DNA of 64,000 nucleotides from Candidatus Nomurabacteria bacterium RIFCSPLOWO2_01_FULL_42_17 (GTDB lineage Bacteria; Patescibacteriota; Minisyncoccia; Phycocordibacterales; UBA9973): NCBI GenBank assembly GCA_001785985.1, contig MFVE01000005.1, positions 112,533 to 176,532 of the forward strand, read 5' to 3'. Shown piece by piece: positions 26,575 to 35,338 of this stretch (position 1 is its first letter; each line of letters starts with the position of its first letter). The notes under the pieces were generated by a model. It saw only the letters and a program-made list of their open reading frames with translations, ran no database searches and was not told where the DNA came from. The position numbers and the translations under genes were made by a program.

Positions 26575-27303
26575 ATGTTACATGAAATAACTAAGGAAAA
26601 TTATACTAATACCGAGAATAATTTTTTTGCTTCAATTTTAAAATTTTTCGGTGAAGATTTGCTTTTATATTGTGTTACCGGAAGTCTCTCGAGAAATGAA
26701 GTAATACCTAGATGGAGTGATATTGATGTGTTGATGGTTATGAAAGAATGTAATCTAGTGACACTTTCTAAAATTGAGAACACACTTAAACAAACACAAA
26801 CTAACATTAAAATTGGCGTTACTTTCTATTCACTTTCGGAATTTAATAATTTATTTTTTAAGGATTCAAAAACATATCTATCTATTAGATATATAAGTGA
26901 AAAATATTATATTCCACGCATACTAAGTTCAGAGATAAAAATCCAGCTTCTACCTGAAGAAATGTTTAGACATAATGATGCATTCGAGTTTGCGCGATTC
27001 GTTCATGATTTAAAACGAGAATTATTAATAAAAGATATCCGCAATGAACGAAAAGTATATAAACTTTCTATAACTTTACTTAAAATTGCTCTTAGACAAA
27101 GAGGTGTTGTTGCACTTGGATATAAAGAAACAATTGAAAAGGCAGAGAAAAATTTACCAAATTTTTCTGAAATACATATTATGGAACCGGAAGAAGTTAT
27201 GGCTAAGCCAGAAAAAATTGTAGAAAGATATGAAACTTATGGGAGAATTATTGAATGGGTAACAAAAAATACTGATACAGTATTTGTTAAAAAACCAATC
27301 TAA
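26575..27303 (+). CDS. AadA/ANT(3'')(9)-like nucleotidyltransferase
   Basis: LYCVTGSLSRNEVIPRWSDIDVLMV matches the LYGS...G......SDIDLLV NTase motif of aminoglycoside adenylyltransferases. A helical C-terminal domain of matching length (242 aa) follows. Confidence 0.5.
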   Translation: MLHEITKENYTNTENNFFASILKFFGEDLLLYCVTGSLSRNEVIPRWSDIDVLMVMKECNLVTLSKIENTLKQTQTNIKIGVTFYSLSEFNNLFFKDSKTYLSIRYISEKYYIPRILSSEIKIQLLPEEMFRHNDAFEFARFVHDLKRELLIKDIRNERKVYKLSITLLKIALRQRGVVALGYKETIEKAEKNLPNFSEIHIMEPEEVMAKPEKIVERYETYGRIIEWVTKNTDTVFVKKPI

Positions 27304-27310
27304 AAAAAAT

Positions 27311-27336
27311 AAGCGTCACTATCACTAGCGACGCTT
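27311..27336 (-). terminator. Hairpin terminator downstream of the NUDIX gene
   Basis: AAGCGTC-12 nt-GACGCTT; on the minus strand it is followed by ATTTTTTTTTA. Confidence 0.45.
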
Positions 27337-27357
27337 ACTGAATTAACGATCGAATCA

Positions 27358-27747
27358 TCAACGGATGATATCCCGCACTTTGTGCGGTTGGACATCCTTT
27401 TGTGCCAACTCATCAAGCGGTATCCACTGTAGCCCATAGGTGCCAGCTTGCGCTGGATCTCTACTGAATTCTGGACCTGTGCCTGTTCCAAGCGTGCCAC
27501 TGATGATCTTACAGGTATAGAAGAACTCATGTTGATCCTTGAATGTGTCCTCTGAAAAGAGTCCCTCAACTTCAACCCCCACACCAAGCTCCTCTCGACA
27601 TTCCCTCTTGAGTCCATCTTCAAGAGAAGTGTCTGATTCCTCTAGTCCTCCACCGGGGAACACCCAATACTCCCTCTCGCCCTTTACCCGATGGACTAAG
27701 AGTAGTTTTCGTTCCTGAATAATGATTGCGCGAACTCTTTTTTTCAT
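27358..27747 (-). CDS. NUDIX hydrolase
   Basis: Nudix box GGGLEESDTSLEDGLKRECREELGV. Confidence 0.8.
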   Translation of the reverse strand: MKKRVRAIIIQERKLLLVHRVKGEREYWVFPGGGLEESDTSLEDGLKRECREELGVGVEVEGLFSEDTFKDQHEFFYTCKIISGTLGTGTGPEFSRDPAQAGTYGLQWIPLDELAQKDVQPHKVRDIIR

Positions 27748-27765
27748 AGTGTTGTTTACTTGTTG

Positions 27766-28923
27766 TTACACAGTTTGAACGAATCGACTGAAACTTTTTT
27801 CAAAGTCCTCGTCGCCGTTATTGAAAATGGTGTCAGCAATATTTTTCACTTTGTCGGCACCACGAGAGATTTTCACCTCGTCTTTTTCTTCTACCGAAGC
27901 TTTTGCCTCACATTCGCTTACTCCAAGAGCTTTCGCTGTTCGGAGTATGCGTGACTCCTTCGGAGTATCGAGATACACAATGTTCATCCGATCACCAAAG
28001 AGTAGCTTAAGGTAAGCTGGTAGGCTCACCCCGTGTAGACTCTCCAGGCTTGCTTTTGTAATGTGTTGATGAGATTGTAAAAAATTTAGAATCTCACGTC
28101 CAACATCACTTTGACTTGGTTCCGCACATCGTAATCTCGTTACCTCGTTGAAGTATTTTAGCTTTAATCTGACATATCCGCAATCAGAGCTAAGTTTCTG
28201 CGCAAAGCTACTCTTGCCACACTCGCTCAGTCCGCCAAACGCGACCACTTTCTGCAGATTCCCGCAGAGGTGAGGAATTTGGCTTGATAAGATCGAGCTA
28301 ACTAATGTGCGTAGCCTGTTTTGCACATCAAGAATGCAAGCATCAACGCTGACCACTCTTTCCGGATGCATGTTCTGGAAAAAATGGTTTACGAGATTTA
28401 CAAGATAAACTTGGTATTCTTCGTAAATGCGATTCTGCCAAGGCAGATAACTTGTCGCACGGTTTTCAACTACCTCCGAGAGAATTCCAATCTTGTTCCT
28501 ATATTCCTTGTTTGGAACAAACAAAAGATCCTGTTCGATTGGTTCAAACTCTAGTTCCCTTTTGAATACGCCCTCGACAACGTCGATAGCTTTTTCAGTG
28601 TCCATTTGTTCACGAGCGATGAGCGTTGCTACGCACACTGCCTTAAACATTTTGACACCACGGTCATGGACATTAACCTTGTCGGGCTTGCATGCCTTGT
28701 AACGAGAATTGAGCGCTCCAATGATAATCGAAACCAACTCTAGGGAGCGAACTTCTTTGAACCACCAGTTGAATTCCTTCACAGGGTCAACCTTTGGCCA
28801 TCTGTCGGTGTAGTCAACCAGTCTTCCAGTAAAATGAAAGCGGTCGTCTTGGCCAGACTTCAATAAACGGATTTGTTCGGTTTTTCCGATTCCGTCACTT
28901 CCACTAATTGCGATTTCTTTCAT
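27766..28923 (-). CDS. Protein with two tandem P-loop (nucleoside/nucleotide-kinase-like) domains. The ORF track extends to 29064, but the start at 28923 (AAGGAG RBS, MKEIAISGSDGIGKT) is favoured.
   Basis: Two Walker A motifs (GSDGIGKT and GGLSECGKSS), each in a domain of roughly 180 aa. The extra N-terminal 47 aa of the track ORF read through the leader cassette on the opposite strand. Confidence 0.5.
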   Translation of the reverse strand: MKEIAISGSDGIGKTEQIRLLKSGQDDRFHFTGRLVDYTDRWPKVDPVKEFNWWFKEVRSLELVSIIIGALNSRYKACKPDKVNVHDRGVKMFKAVCVATLIAREQMDTEKAIDVVEGVFKRELEFEPIEQDLLFVPNKEYRNKIGILSEVVENRATSYLPWQNRIYEEYQVYLVNLVNHFFQNMHPERVVSVDACILDVQNRLRTLVSSILSSQIPHLCGNLQKVVAFGGLSECGKSSFAQKLSSDCGYVRLKLKYFNEVTRLRCAEPSQSDVGREILNFLQSHQHITKASLESLHGVSLPAYLKLLFGDRMNIVYLDTPKESRILRTAKALGVSECEAKASVEEKDEVKISRGADKVKNIADTIFNNGDEDFEKSFSRFVQTV

Positions 28924-29018
28924 TTGATACTCCTTGAGGTTATTGTTTATTTCAAAGGACCGCTTGTTATAAATTTCTATTAAAATAACACATTTGCAAT
29001 GAAAAGTAAAGGGCAATT

Positions 29019-29139
29019 GTAATGATAATATCCTTGAATTTAATGAGTATGTTATACTATTCATATGCCTGAAGGAGATAAAAAAGTTGACTGGTTTCTA
29101 TGGCTAAAATGTAAAATATGGAAAATAGTCTACTCATAG
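29019..29139 (+). promoter_or_regulatory. Copy 3 of the promoter-plus-leader cassette, with a 24-aa upstream ORF overlapping the start of the EamA gene
   Basis: 29019-29107 nearly identical to 25411-25499. Upstream ORF 29065-29139 encodes MPEGDKKVDWFLWLKCKIWKIVYS. Confidence 0.55.
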
Positions 29140-30023
29140 CAATATTAGCTGGACTTGGTGGAATGCTCGGTTGGGGTCTGGCTGATTTTTTTGCAAAGAA
29201 AACAATAGATGAAATAGGAGATATTGCTAGTCTAGCTTGGGCTCATATTTTTGGAACTCTGGCTTTGTTCTTGGTTGTCGCGCATAATATTATTTTCTTT
29301 GAACGAAAAATCGTGATGCCGAGTGATACATATACTTGGATTATTTTGATATTCTTTGGCGTGTTGCAAGCGGCAGTTTATTTCTTTCTTTATAGAGGAT
29401 TTGGCAAGGGCCAGGTTTCCTTATTGAGTCCAATCTTTGCTTCGTTTGCAGGAATAACTGCCATTATGTCAATAGTATTTTTTGGAGAAGCTGTAAACAT
29501 GTTTTTGATTTTTGCTCTAATTGTCATATTTTGCGGTAACTTACTCATTAATATTGATCCGCAAATTTTTAAAACAAAACGTTTTGCTTTCACCAAAATT
29601 ACTGGGTTCAAAGAAATAGCGTTAGCGACATTGCTCGCTGCTTTGTGGACGTTACTTTGGGGAAAATTTGTCAACAGCCAGGACTGGCTTTTATACGCGT
29701 TATTCATGTATGGATTCATGACACTTGCGATATTGATGTTGGTAAAATTGCAAAAAATTAATTTATCTATTAGTATTAGTAAATCCAGTATTTGGAAGTT
29801 CCTTGTTTTCATCGGTCTGTTTGAGGTGATGGCTTATCTAGCCGTAAGTTTTGGATACAGCGCCACATCGCGTATAAGTGTCATTGCCCTCTTAAGCGGA
29901 GCATTTTCTTTACCTCTTATAATACTCGCCCGAATTTTTTTGAAAGAAAAAGTTTTGCCAATTCAAAGAATGGGAAGCATCGTCATTATTTTAGGAATTA
30001 TGCTTTTAGCTTTATTAAAATAG
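29118..30023 (+). CDS. EamA/DMT-superfamily transporter
   Basis: 301 aa with about 10 TM helices arranged as two EamA-like halves. Confidence 0.65.
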   Translation: MENSLLIAILAGLGGMLGWGLADFFAKKTIDEIGDIASLAWAHIFGTLALFLVVAHNIIFFERKIVMPSDTYTWIILIFFGVLQAAVYFFLYRGFGKGQVSLLSPIFASFAGITAIMSIVFFGEAVNMFLIFALIVIFCGNLLINIDPQIFKTKRFAFTKITGFKEIALATLLAALWTLLWGKFVNSQDWLLYALFMYGFMTLAILMLVKLQKINLSISISKSSIWKFLVFIGLFEVMAYLAVSFGYSATSRISVIALLSGAFSLPLIILARIFLKEKVLPIQRMGSIVIILGIMLLALLK

Positions 30024-30027
30024 AAAT

Positions 30028-31170
30028 ATGAAGAATGTAAAAAAAGATAGGTTTGACAGAGATTTTTTAAAAACACTTAAATACCAGTCACCTTTTTTTC
30101 TTTTCTCTAAGGAGAAGATTAGAAACAATTTTTTAAATTTCAAAAAAAACTTTCCGGGATCTTCAATTTACTATGCCATGAAAGCCAATTCAGAACCGGA
30201 ATTGTTGAAAATTTTGTCAGATGCTGGAGCCGGTTTTGAAGTTGCTTCTCTGTATGAGTTGGATATTTTAAAAAAAATAGAAGTTCCGGCGGAGAAAATA
30301 ATTTACGGCACTGCAGTAAAACCTGTAAGTCATATAAAAGAATTTTATGATTACGGGGTTGATAAGTTCGCTTTTGATTCAATTAGCGAACTGGAAAAAA
30401 TCGCCAGTTTTGCGCCTCACGCAAAAGTATACTGTAGAGTCATCGTTAACGATACAGGCAGTATTTATAGGTTTTCAGAAAAGTTTGGAACTGATAAAGA
30501 AAATGTTGTGGCTTTTCTCGAGTGCGCTAAATCGCTCGGCTTACATCCATATGGTATTAGTTTTCACGTAGGTTCTCAAGCAAATAATAAAAATGCTTGG
30601 TCAAATGCTTTATCAGTATTGCAAGATATTCTTATAAATTTAAAAAATGTAGGCATAAAACTTGACATGATCAACATTGGTGGTGGTTATCCATGTACCA
30701 AATATGTTTCTTTTGAAGAAACTTTCACTTTTGAAGAAATTACCAAACATATCAATGAAAAACACAAAAAATTGCCTTATGAAACAAAGTTAATCCTGGA
30801 ACCGGGTAGAATTATTGTGGCCGATACTGGAATCCTTGTTGCTAGTGTGATTGGAAAAGTTGAACGCAGAGAAAATACGTGGCTTTTTCTGGATGCCGGA
30901 GTATACAACGCCTTGTTTGAGTCATTGGCTCACCAGGGATCAATCAAATATCACGTTTCTAGCATTAAACCTGTCGGAAATGCCGGGGAGATGATTTTTG
31001 CTTTAGCCGGTCCTACTGGTGATAGTTGGGATGTTATTACAAGAGAGGCATTTTTACCGAAAAACCTAGACATTGGGGATAAACTTGTTTTTCATGATGT
31101 AGGGGCTTATAATACAGTATGTATGAATAGGTTCAACGGTTTCCCTGCAACAAGATGTTATTTTATTTAA
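30028..31170 (+). CDS. PLP-dependent Orn/DAP/Arg decarboxylase (fold-III, alanine-racemase-like)
   Basis: PLP-Lys motif IYYAMKANSEP; ...HVGSQ...; GGGYP; C-terminal beta domain (AGPTGDSWD). Confidence 0.8.
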   Translation: MKNVKKDRFDRDFLKTLKYQSPFFLFSKEKIRNNFLNFKKNFPGSSIYYAMKANSEPELLKILSDAGAGFEVASLYELDILKKIEVPAEKIIYGTAVKPVSHIKEFYDYGVDKFAFDSISELEKIASFAPHAKVYCRVIVNDTGSIYRFSEKFGTDKENVVAFLECAKSLGLHPYGISFHVGSQANNKNAWSNALSVLQDILINLKNVGIKLDMINIGGGYPCTKYVSFEETFTFEEITKHINEKHKKLPYETKLILEPGRIIVADTGILVASVIGKVERRENTWLFLDAGVYNALFESLAHQGSIKYHVSSIKPVGNAGEMIFALAGPTGDSWDVITREAFLPKNLDIGDKLVFHDVGAYNTVCMNRFNGFPATRCYFI

Positions 31171-31174
31171 TACA

Positions 31175-31993
31175 ATGTCTAATAAATTAAAATACAATAT
31201 TTGGCAAAAAATTTCTCTCGGTTTTTTTATTTTTTTAGTAGTTTTCTGGTTAATTCTTTTTTTTAGTGGAACAAAGGATGGTTTTTATAACTATCTTTAC
31301 TCTTTTCTTTTTGGACTGATTCCGCTTTTTGCAGGAATAATAGCCATGATTAGAGCTAAAATTTGGGGTAGGTTAAAAAGCGCAGTTGGAAAGGCTGTAT
31401 TTTTTATAGGACTCGGTATCTTTTTGTGGGGATGTGGAGAAACAATTTGGTCTTATTATAATTTCTTTTTAGGTGAGCCGGCACCGTATCCTTCCTGGGC
31501 AGATTTAGGATTTGCCCCAAGCATATTCTTTTACGGCCTGGGTGCATTTTATCTCTCAAAAGCAACCGGGGCAAAGTTTGGCTTGAGGAATAAATCTGCA
31601 AAGTTTTTTGTGACTTTGGCTCCTATTCTTATTCTTATACTTTCTTATTATCTTTTAGTGGTAGTTGCAAGAGGTGGAACATTAATTCCTGAAGGCGAGA
31701 CACCACTCAAAACTTTACTTGATATAGTTTATCCACTTGGTGACTTTATTGCCCTAACTATTGCAATAATAATTTCTGGACTTTCCTTCCAATATTTGGG
31801 TGGTAGATATAAATTTGATATTTATTCCATACTACTCGGTCTTGGAGTAATGTTCATAGGCGATACTATTTTTTCTTACACAACCACCGTAGGCACATAT
31901 TACAATGCAAATTTCGGAGACTTAATGCTAACAACCGGATTATTTCTGCTTAGTTTCGGTGTTTTAGGTTTTTTTAAATTTAAAGAAGATTAA
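31175..31993 (+). CDS. Polytopic membrane protein (about 7-8 TM), possible membrane sensor module
   Basis: Hydrophobic throughout; it sits directly upstream of a small ORF and a transmembrane-less histidine kinase. Confidence 0.35.
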   Translation: MSNKLKYNIWQKISLGFFIFLVVFWLILFFSGTKDGFYNYLYSFLFGLIPLFAGIIAMIRAKIWGRLKSAVGKAVFFIGLGIFLWGCGETIWSYYNFFLGEPAPYPSWADLGFAPSIFFYGLGAFYLSKATGAKFGLRNKSAKFFVTLAPILILILSYYLLVVVARGGTLIPEGETPLKTLLDIVYPLGDFIALTIAIIISGLSFQYLGGRYKFDIYSILLGLGVMFIGDTIFSYTTTVGTYYNANFGDLMLTTGLFLLSFGVLGFFKFKED

Positions 31994-31996
31994 TTT

Positions 31997-32290
31997 ATGA
32001 ATTCTGCAATTCAATTACCACAAATAGCTATACGCATCATCAGAGAGCAGGAGCTCATTATTGGTCCTTTGGCTTGGGACGAGGCGCGTAAAGTTCAGGG
32101 GCTTCAGATTGTTGACGAAAAAAGAGGTGAAGTGAGCTTGCAAAACGGTGATCCAAAAAATGTCATTGATAAACTCGTTGCTCAATATGAAAGAATCTTC
32201 GGCCGAGCTTCGCACGCAGTCTGTCACGATGCTGTTCAAGATTTAATCGCCACAATGTCGCCAGAAGAGATTCCGTCTAGTTTGAAATAA
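31997..32290 (+). CDS. Hypothetical protein
   Basis: 97-aa ORF between the membrane protein and the histidine kinase. Confidence 0.25.
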   Translation: MNSAIQLPQIAIRIIREQELIIGPLAWDEARKVQGLQIVDEKRGEVSLQNGDPKNVIDKLVAQYERIFGRASHAVCHDAVQDLIATMSPEEIPSSLK

Positions 32291-32299
32291 TAATCTCTT

Positions 32300-33172
32300 A
32301 TGGCTACTAACGATGAAAACAAAGCGATTGCTCCAGAAGAGTATAAGAAAATTACGGAGGCAATGTACAAGCAAAATCTTGAACTGGCGAGATTGTACAA
32401 GCAGGTTGATGCTCTAAACCATGAGCTTGGAATAGCCAACGAAAAACTAAAAGCCTTTGATATCTTAAAATCAAAATTCTTGTCCTTGGCTTCGCATCAA
32501 TTGAGAAATCCTATTTCCGCGATTATCTCTTGCACCTCGATGTTCCTAGACGGTTCGTTTGGCAAAATAGATGAAATGCAGCAAAAAATGATTGGCCAAA
32601 TGTATGACCGGGCAAAAGATATGAATGATGATGTGGAGAAATATTTAACCGTGGCCAAAATAGACCAAGGTGGATTGCAATATAATTTAGAAAAGCTGGA
32701 TTTGGAAGATCTGGGTAAGAACATCACTGAACAGCAGAAGCTCGTCGCCAAGAAAAAAAATCTGGTTCTCTCTTTTGAAACAGATGAAAAGTCTCAGTAC
32801 TTTATTAGTGGCGACAAAGTGCAGTTAAAGCAAGTGCTTCAAAATCTGATTGATAATGCCACGAAGTTTACCAAAGAAGGATGGATAAAAGTTAGACTTT
32901 CAAAAGATGAAAATGCTAAAAAAATAAAAGTAGCTATTTCTGATTCAGGAATAGGTATCAAACCCGAGATTATGCCGACCTTATTCAAAGAATTTTCTCG
33001 CGGAGAAGGCGCAAAAGTGGATGTGGGCGGTTCCGGCATTGGCATATATCTAGCTAAAGAAATAATTGAAAAGGGACATCAAGGTAAAGTGTGGGCAGAG
33101 TCCGAAGGCACCGGTAAAGGATCTACCTTCACTGTTGAATTGCCTGCTTATTCGGAAAACAGGGGGTCTTAA
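32300..33172 (+). CDS. Cytoplasmic histidine kinase (coiled-coil, HisKA, HATPase_c)
   Basis: H-box LSLASHQLRNPISAI; N, G1 and G2 boxes (LIDNATKFT, DSGIGI, GGSGIGIYLAKEII). Confidence 0.75.
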   Translation: MATNDENKAIAPEEYKKITEAMYKQNLELARLYKQVDALNHELGIANEKLKAFDILKSKFLSLASHQLRNPISAIISCTSMFLDGSFGKIDEMQQKMIGQMYDRAKDMNDDVEKYLTVAKIDQGGLQYNLEKLDLEDLGKNITEQQKLVAKKKNLVLSFETDEKSQYFISGDKVQLKQVLQNLIDNATKFTKEGWIKVRLSKDENAKKIKVAISDSGIGIKPEIMPTLFKEFSRGEGAKVDVGGSGIGIYLAKEIIEKGHQGKVWAESEGTGKGSTFTVELPAYSENRGS

Positions 33173-33193
33173 AATCCACCTATCACATACATA

Positions 33194-33231
33194 TTGACAT
33201 CTTTTTTGGACCTGCTATACTGTATAGATAT
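33194..33231 (+). promoter_or_regulatory. Sigma-70-type promoter (TTGACA, 16-nt spacer, TGcTATACT) with a palindromic putative operator CTATAC-t-GTATAG overlapping the -10
   Basis: TTGACA at 33194-33199; TATACT at 33216-33221; palindrome at 33215-33227. It lies 20 bp upstream of the relB-like gene. Confidence 0.5.
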
Positions 33232-33249
33232 TAGATATATAAAAGATAT

Positions 33250-33534
33250 ATGACTACACAAGTAATTTTTAGAATTGATAAAAAGATCAAAGAAAAAGCC
33301 CAGAAAAAAGCTAAGGGCAGTGGTTTAACATTCTCCGATATTTTACAAATGGCGACTTACGCTTATGTGAAAAATGATTTCGAACCAGTTCTAATGCGAA
33401 AAGAAGAAAGGCTGAATATGAAGACACGTCGCGAACTTATGAAAATTTCTAGAGATATCAAAGAGGGTAAAAATCTTTTCGGTCCTTTTGACTCCGCTGA
33501 AAAAATGGATAAATTTCTTAATTCAATAAAATAG
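33250..33534 (+). CDS. RelB/DinJ-family antitoxin (ribbon-helix-helix)
   Basis: VIFRIDKKIKEKAQKKAKGSGLTFSDIL resembles DinJ's N-terminal RHH (..RIDEDLK..A..VL...GLT.S). The YafQ-like gene follows 1 nt later. Confidence 0.6.
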   Translation: MTTQVIFRIDKKIKEKAQKKAKGSGLTFSDILQMATYAYVKNDFEPVLMRKEERLNMKTRRELMKISRDIKEGKNLFGPFDSAEKMDKFLNSIK

Positions 33535-33535
33535 C

Positions 33536-33793
33536 ATGCGCGTTGAACTGCATAGAAATTTTTTGAAGGGTTATATCAAACTTCCTAAAAGGATACAGGA
33601 AAAATTTAAGAAGAGGAGAAATTTATTTATTGAAGATATGTTTCATCCACTGCTAGATAACCATTCAGTCGAACCAACTTATCCAAACTGCAGAAGTATA
33701 AATATAACCGGAGACTATCGCGCGCTTTTTGAGATAAAAGAGAAAGATCTAGTTGTGTTCATTAAAATCGGCACACATTCGGAATTGTATTAA
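33536..33793 (+). CDS. YafQ/RelE-family toxin (mRNA interferase)
   Basis: 85 aa; ...INITGDYRALFEIKEKDLVVFIKIGTHSELY matches the RelE/YafQ C-terminus (..R.GTHSDLF). Confidence 0.6.
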   Translation: MRVELHRNFLKGYIKLPKRIQEKFKKRRNLFIEDMFHPLLDNHSVEPTYPNCRSINITGDYRALFEIKEKDLVVFIKIGTHSELY

Positions 33794-33802
33794 AATCATA
33801 AT

Positions 33803-34255
33803 TTAAGAGCTAGAGATTATTTTCTGATTCTTTTTATCTAAATATCTCTGTAAAATAAGTGCGGCAGCAGAGGCATCTATTCGACCAGACTTTATTTGTT
33901 TCACTTTGCTGTGCGCTTGAGAAGGACTCAGTTCCGCCTTGCCACCCGCTCCTCGCCGAGCTTCCACTGAAGTCAAAAATTCTTTTTGTTTGTGAATCGG
34001 CAGGCTAAACTTCTCCTGCAACTCCAAGATAAAAACTTCAATCCTCGCCGAGAGCGCGTTTAATTTACCAGAAAAATCCACCGACTCCCCTATTACAATT
34101 TCTCTAATATTTTCTTTTTCTATAATCTCCCCGAGCCGTTTAAAAGTATTTGCATCATTCGGCACAATTTCTTTTGGGAAAGCGAGAGTGGCATTGTCGT
34201 CGCTAATTGCAACACCAATCCTTTTCGTACCATAATCAATGCCGAGGAATTTCAT
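33803..34255 (-). CDS. ruvX: YqgF/RuvX Holliday-junction-resolvase-like pre-16S rRNA nuclease
   Basis: MKFLGIDYGTKRIGVAISD is the YqgF RNase-H-fold N-terminus. Confidence 0.85.
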   Translation of the reverse strand: MKFLGIDYGTKRIGVAISDDNATLAFPKEIVPNDANTFKRLGEIIEKENIREIVIGESVDFSGKLNALSARIEVFILELQEKFSLPIHKQKEFLTSVEARRGAGGKAELSPSQAHSKVKQIKSGRIDASAAALILQRYLDKKNQKIISSS

Positions 34256-34285
34256 AAACTATATATTAACATAAAATTCAAAAAG

Positions 34286-35338
34286 GTGTATAATGGAGGT
34301 ATGCCTAAGTCGTATATTGGAAAAAGAGTAAAATTCTTAAATAAGATAGAACAAAAAGAATTCATGAAACTGGCTGAAGAAATAATTGGGGCTGGCACTA
34401 AAGGAATAGCCTTAATAAGTAAGGTAGGTATAAGACAAATATCAGACTGGAAAAATGCAAAAAGTACATTATCATTCTATGCTTTTGAAAAGTTGTTGAT
34501 TGCAACTAAAATTCCTCGCCCGAATTCAATAAGGATTATAGACCAATATGCTCACTCAAGATCTGCCGGCAAAAAAGGACTTGTCGCCGTACTTAAAAAG
34601 TATGGAAAATTTCCAAAAAACGAAAAAATTAGGCGAGCAAATTGGGAAAAATGGTGGAAAACTGTTGGGATATATCAAGAAAGAGAAATATTTAAAAGAA
34701 AATCAATCAAAATACCAAAGAAGAGCATAGAACTTGCAGAATTATGTGGGATTCTAATTGGTGACGGAGGGATAACAAAAAGGCAAGTAAGAATTACTCT
34801 GAATTGTGAAACTGATAAAATATATTCAAAATATGTAGTAAAACTTTTCCAAAAACTTTTTGGTACAAAACCAAAAGTGTATAAAATTAAAGATTCCAGA
34901 GCGTTAAATATTTGTATTTCTAGGAGTGATTTAGTGGATTTTCTTTTTAAACATGGTTTAAAAGTAGGAAATAAATTAAAACAAAATCTTTCAATTCCTG
35001 AATGGATTATAAAGTCTGAAAAATATACAACCTCTTGCATAAGAGGAATGGTTGATACTGATGGTTCAGTTGTTATTGAAACTCATCTCATTAAAAATAA
35101 AAAATACACATATCCTCGCCTTAATTTTACAAGCGCTTCACCTATCCTTGTAGAACAAACGGTTCAAGCATTACAAAAATTTGGTTTTCATCCAAAAATA
35201 AGAAGGGGCGGAAGATCAGTTCAACTTGAAAATATAAAAGAAATATGGGAGTATTTCAAAAGGGTTGGAACAAGTAACCCAAAACATATAAATAGATTAG
35301 GGAGGAGTGGCTCGAGAGGTTTAAGGCACCGCTCTTGA
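34286..35338 (+). CDS. LAGLIDADG-family homing endonuclease (two-motif type). The C-terminal roughly 12 codons are read from the 5' half of tRNA-Ser, and the stop codon TGA is the tRNA anticodon.
   Basis: Motif 1 LAELCGILIGDGGI and motif 2 IRGMVDTDGSVV. The ORF is very AT/K-rich and overlaps the tRNA at 35301-35388. Confidence 0.7.
   Translation: MYNGGMPKSYIGKRVKFLNKIEQKEFMKLAEEIIGAGTKGIALISKVGIRQISDWKNAKSTLSFYAFEKLLIATKIPRPNSIRIIDQYAHSRSAGKKGLVAVLKKYGKFPKNEKIRRANWEKWWKTVGIYQEREIFKRKSIKIPKKSIELAELCGILIGDGGITKRQVRITLNCETDKIYSKYVVKLFQKLFGTKPKVYKIKDSRALNICISRSDLVDFLFKHGLKVGNKLKQNLSIPEWIIKSEKYTTSCIRGMVDTDGSVVIETHLIKNKKYTYPRLNFTSASPILVEQTVQALQKFGFHPKIRRGGRSVQLENIKEIWEYFKRVGTSNPKHINRLGRSGSRGLRHRS

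Noticed and set aside
28924-29064. N-terminal 47-codon extension of the 27766..29064 ORF in the track
   Set aside because: The extension is the reverse complement of the conserved promoter/leader cassette. A strong RBS (AAGGAG) precedes the internal ATG at 28923, and the first Walker A motif follows immediately.
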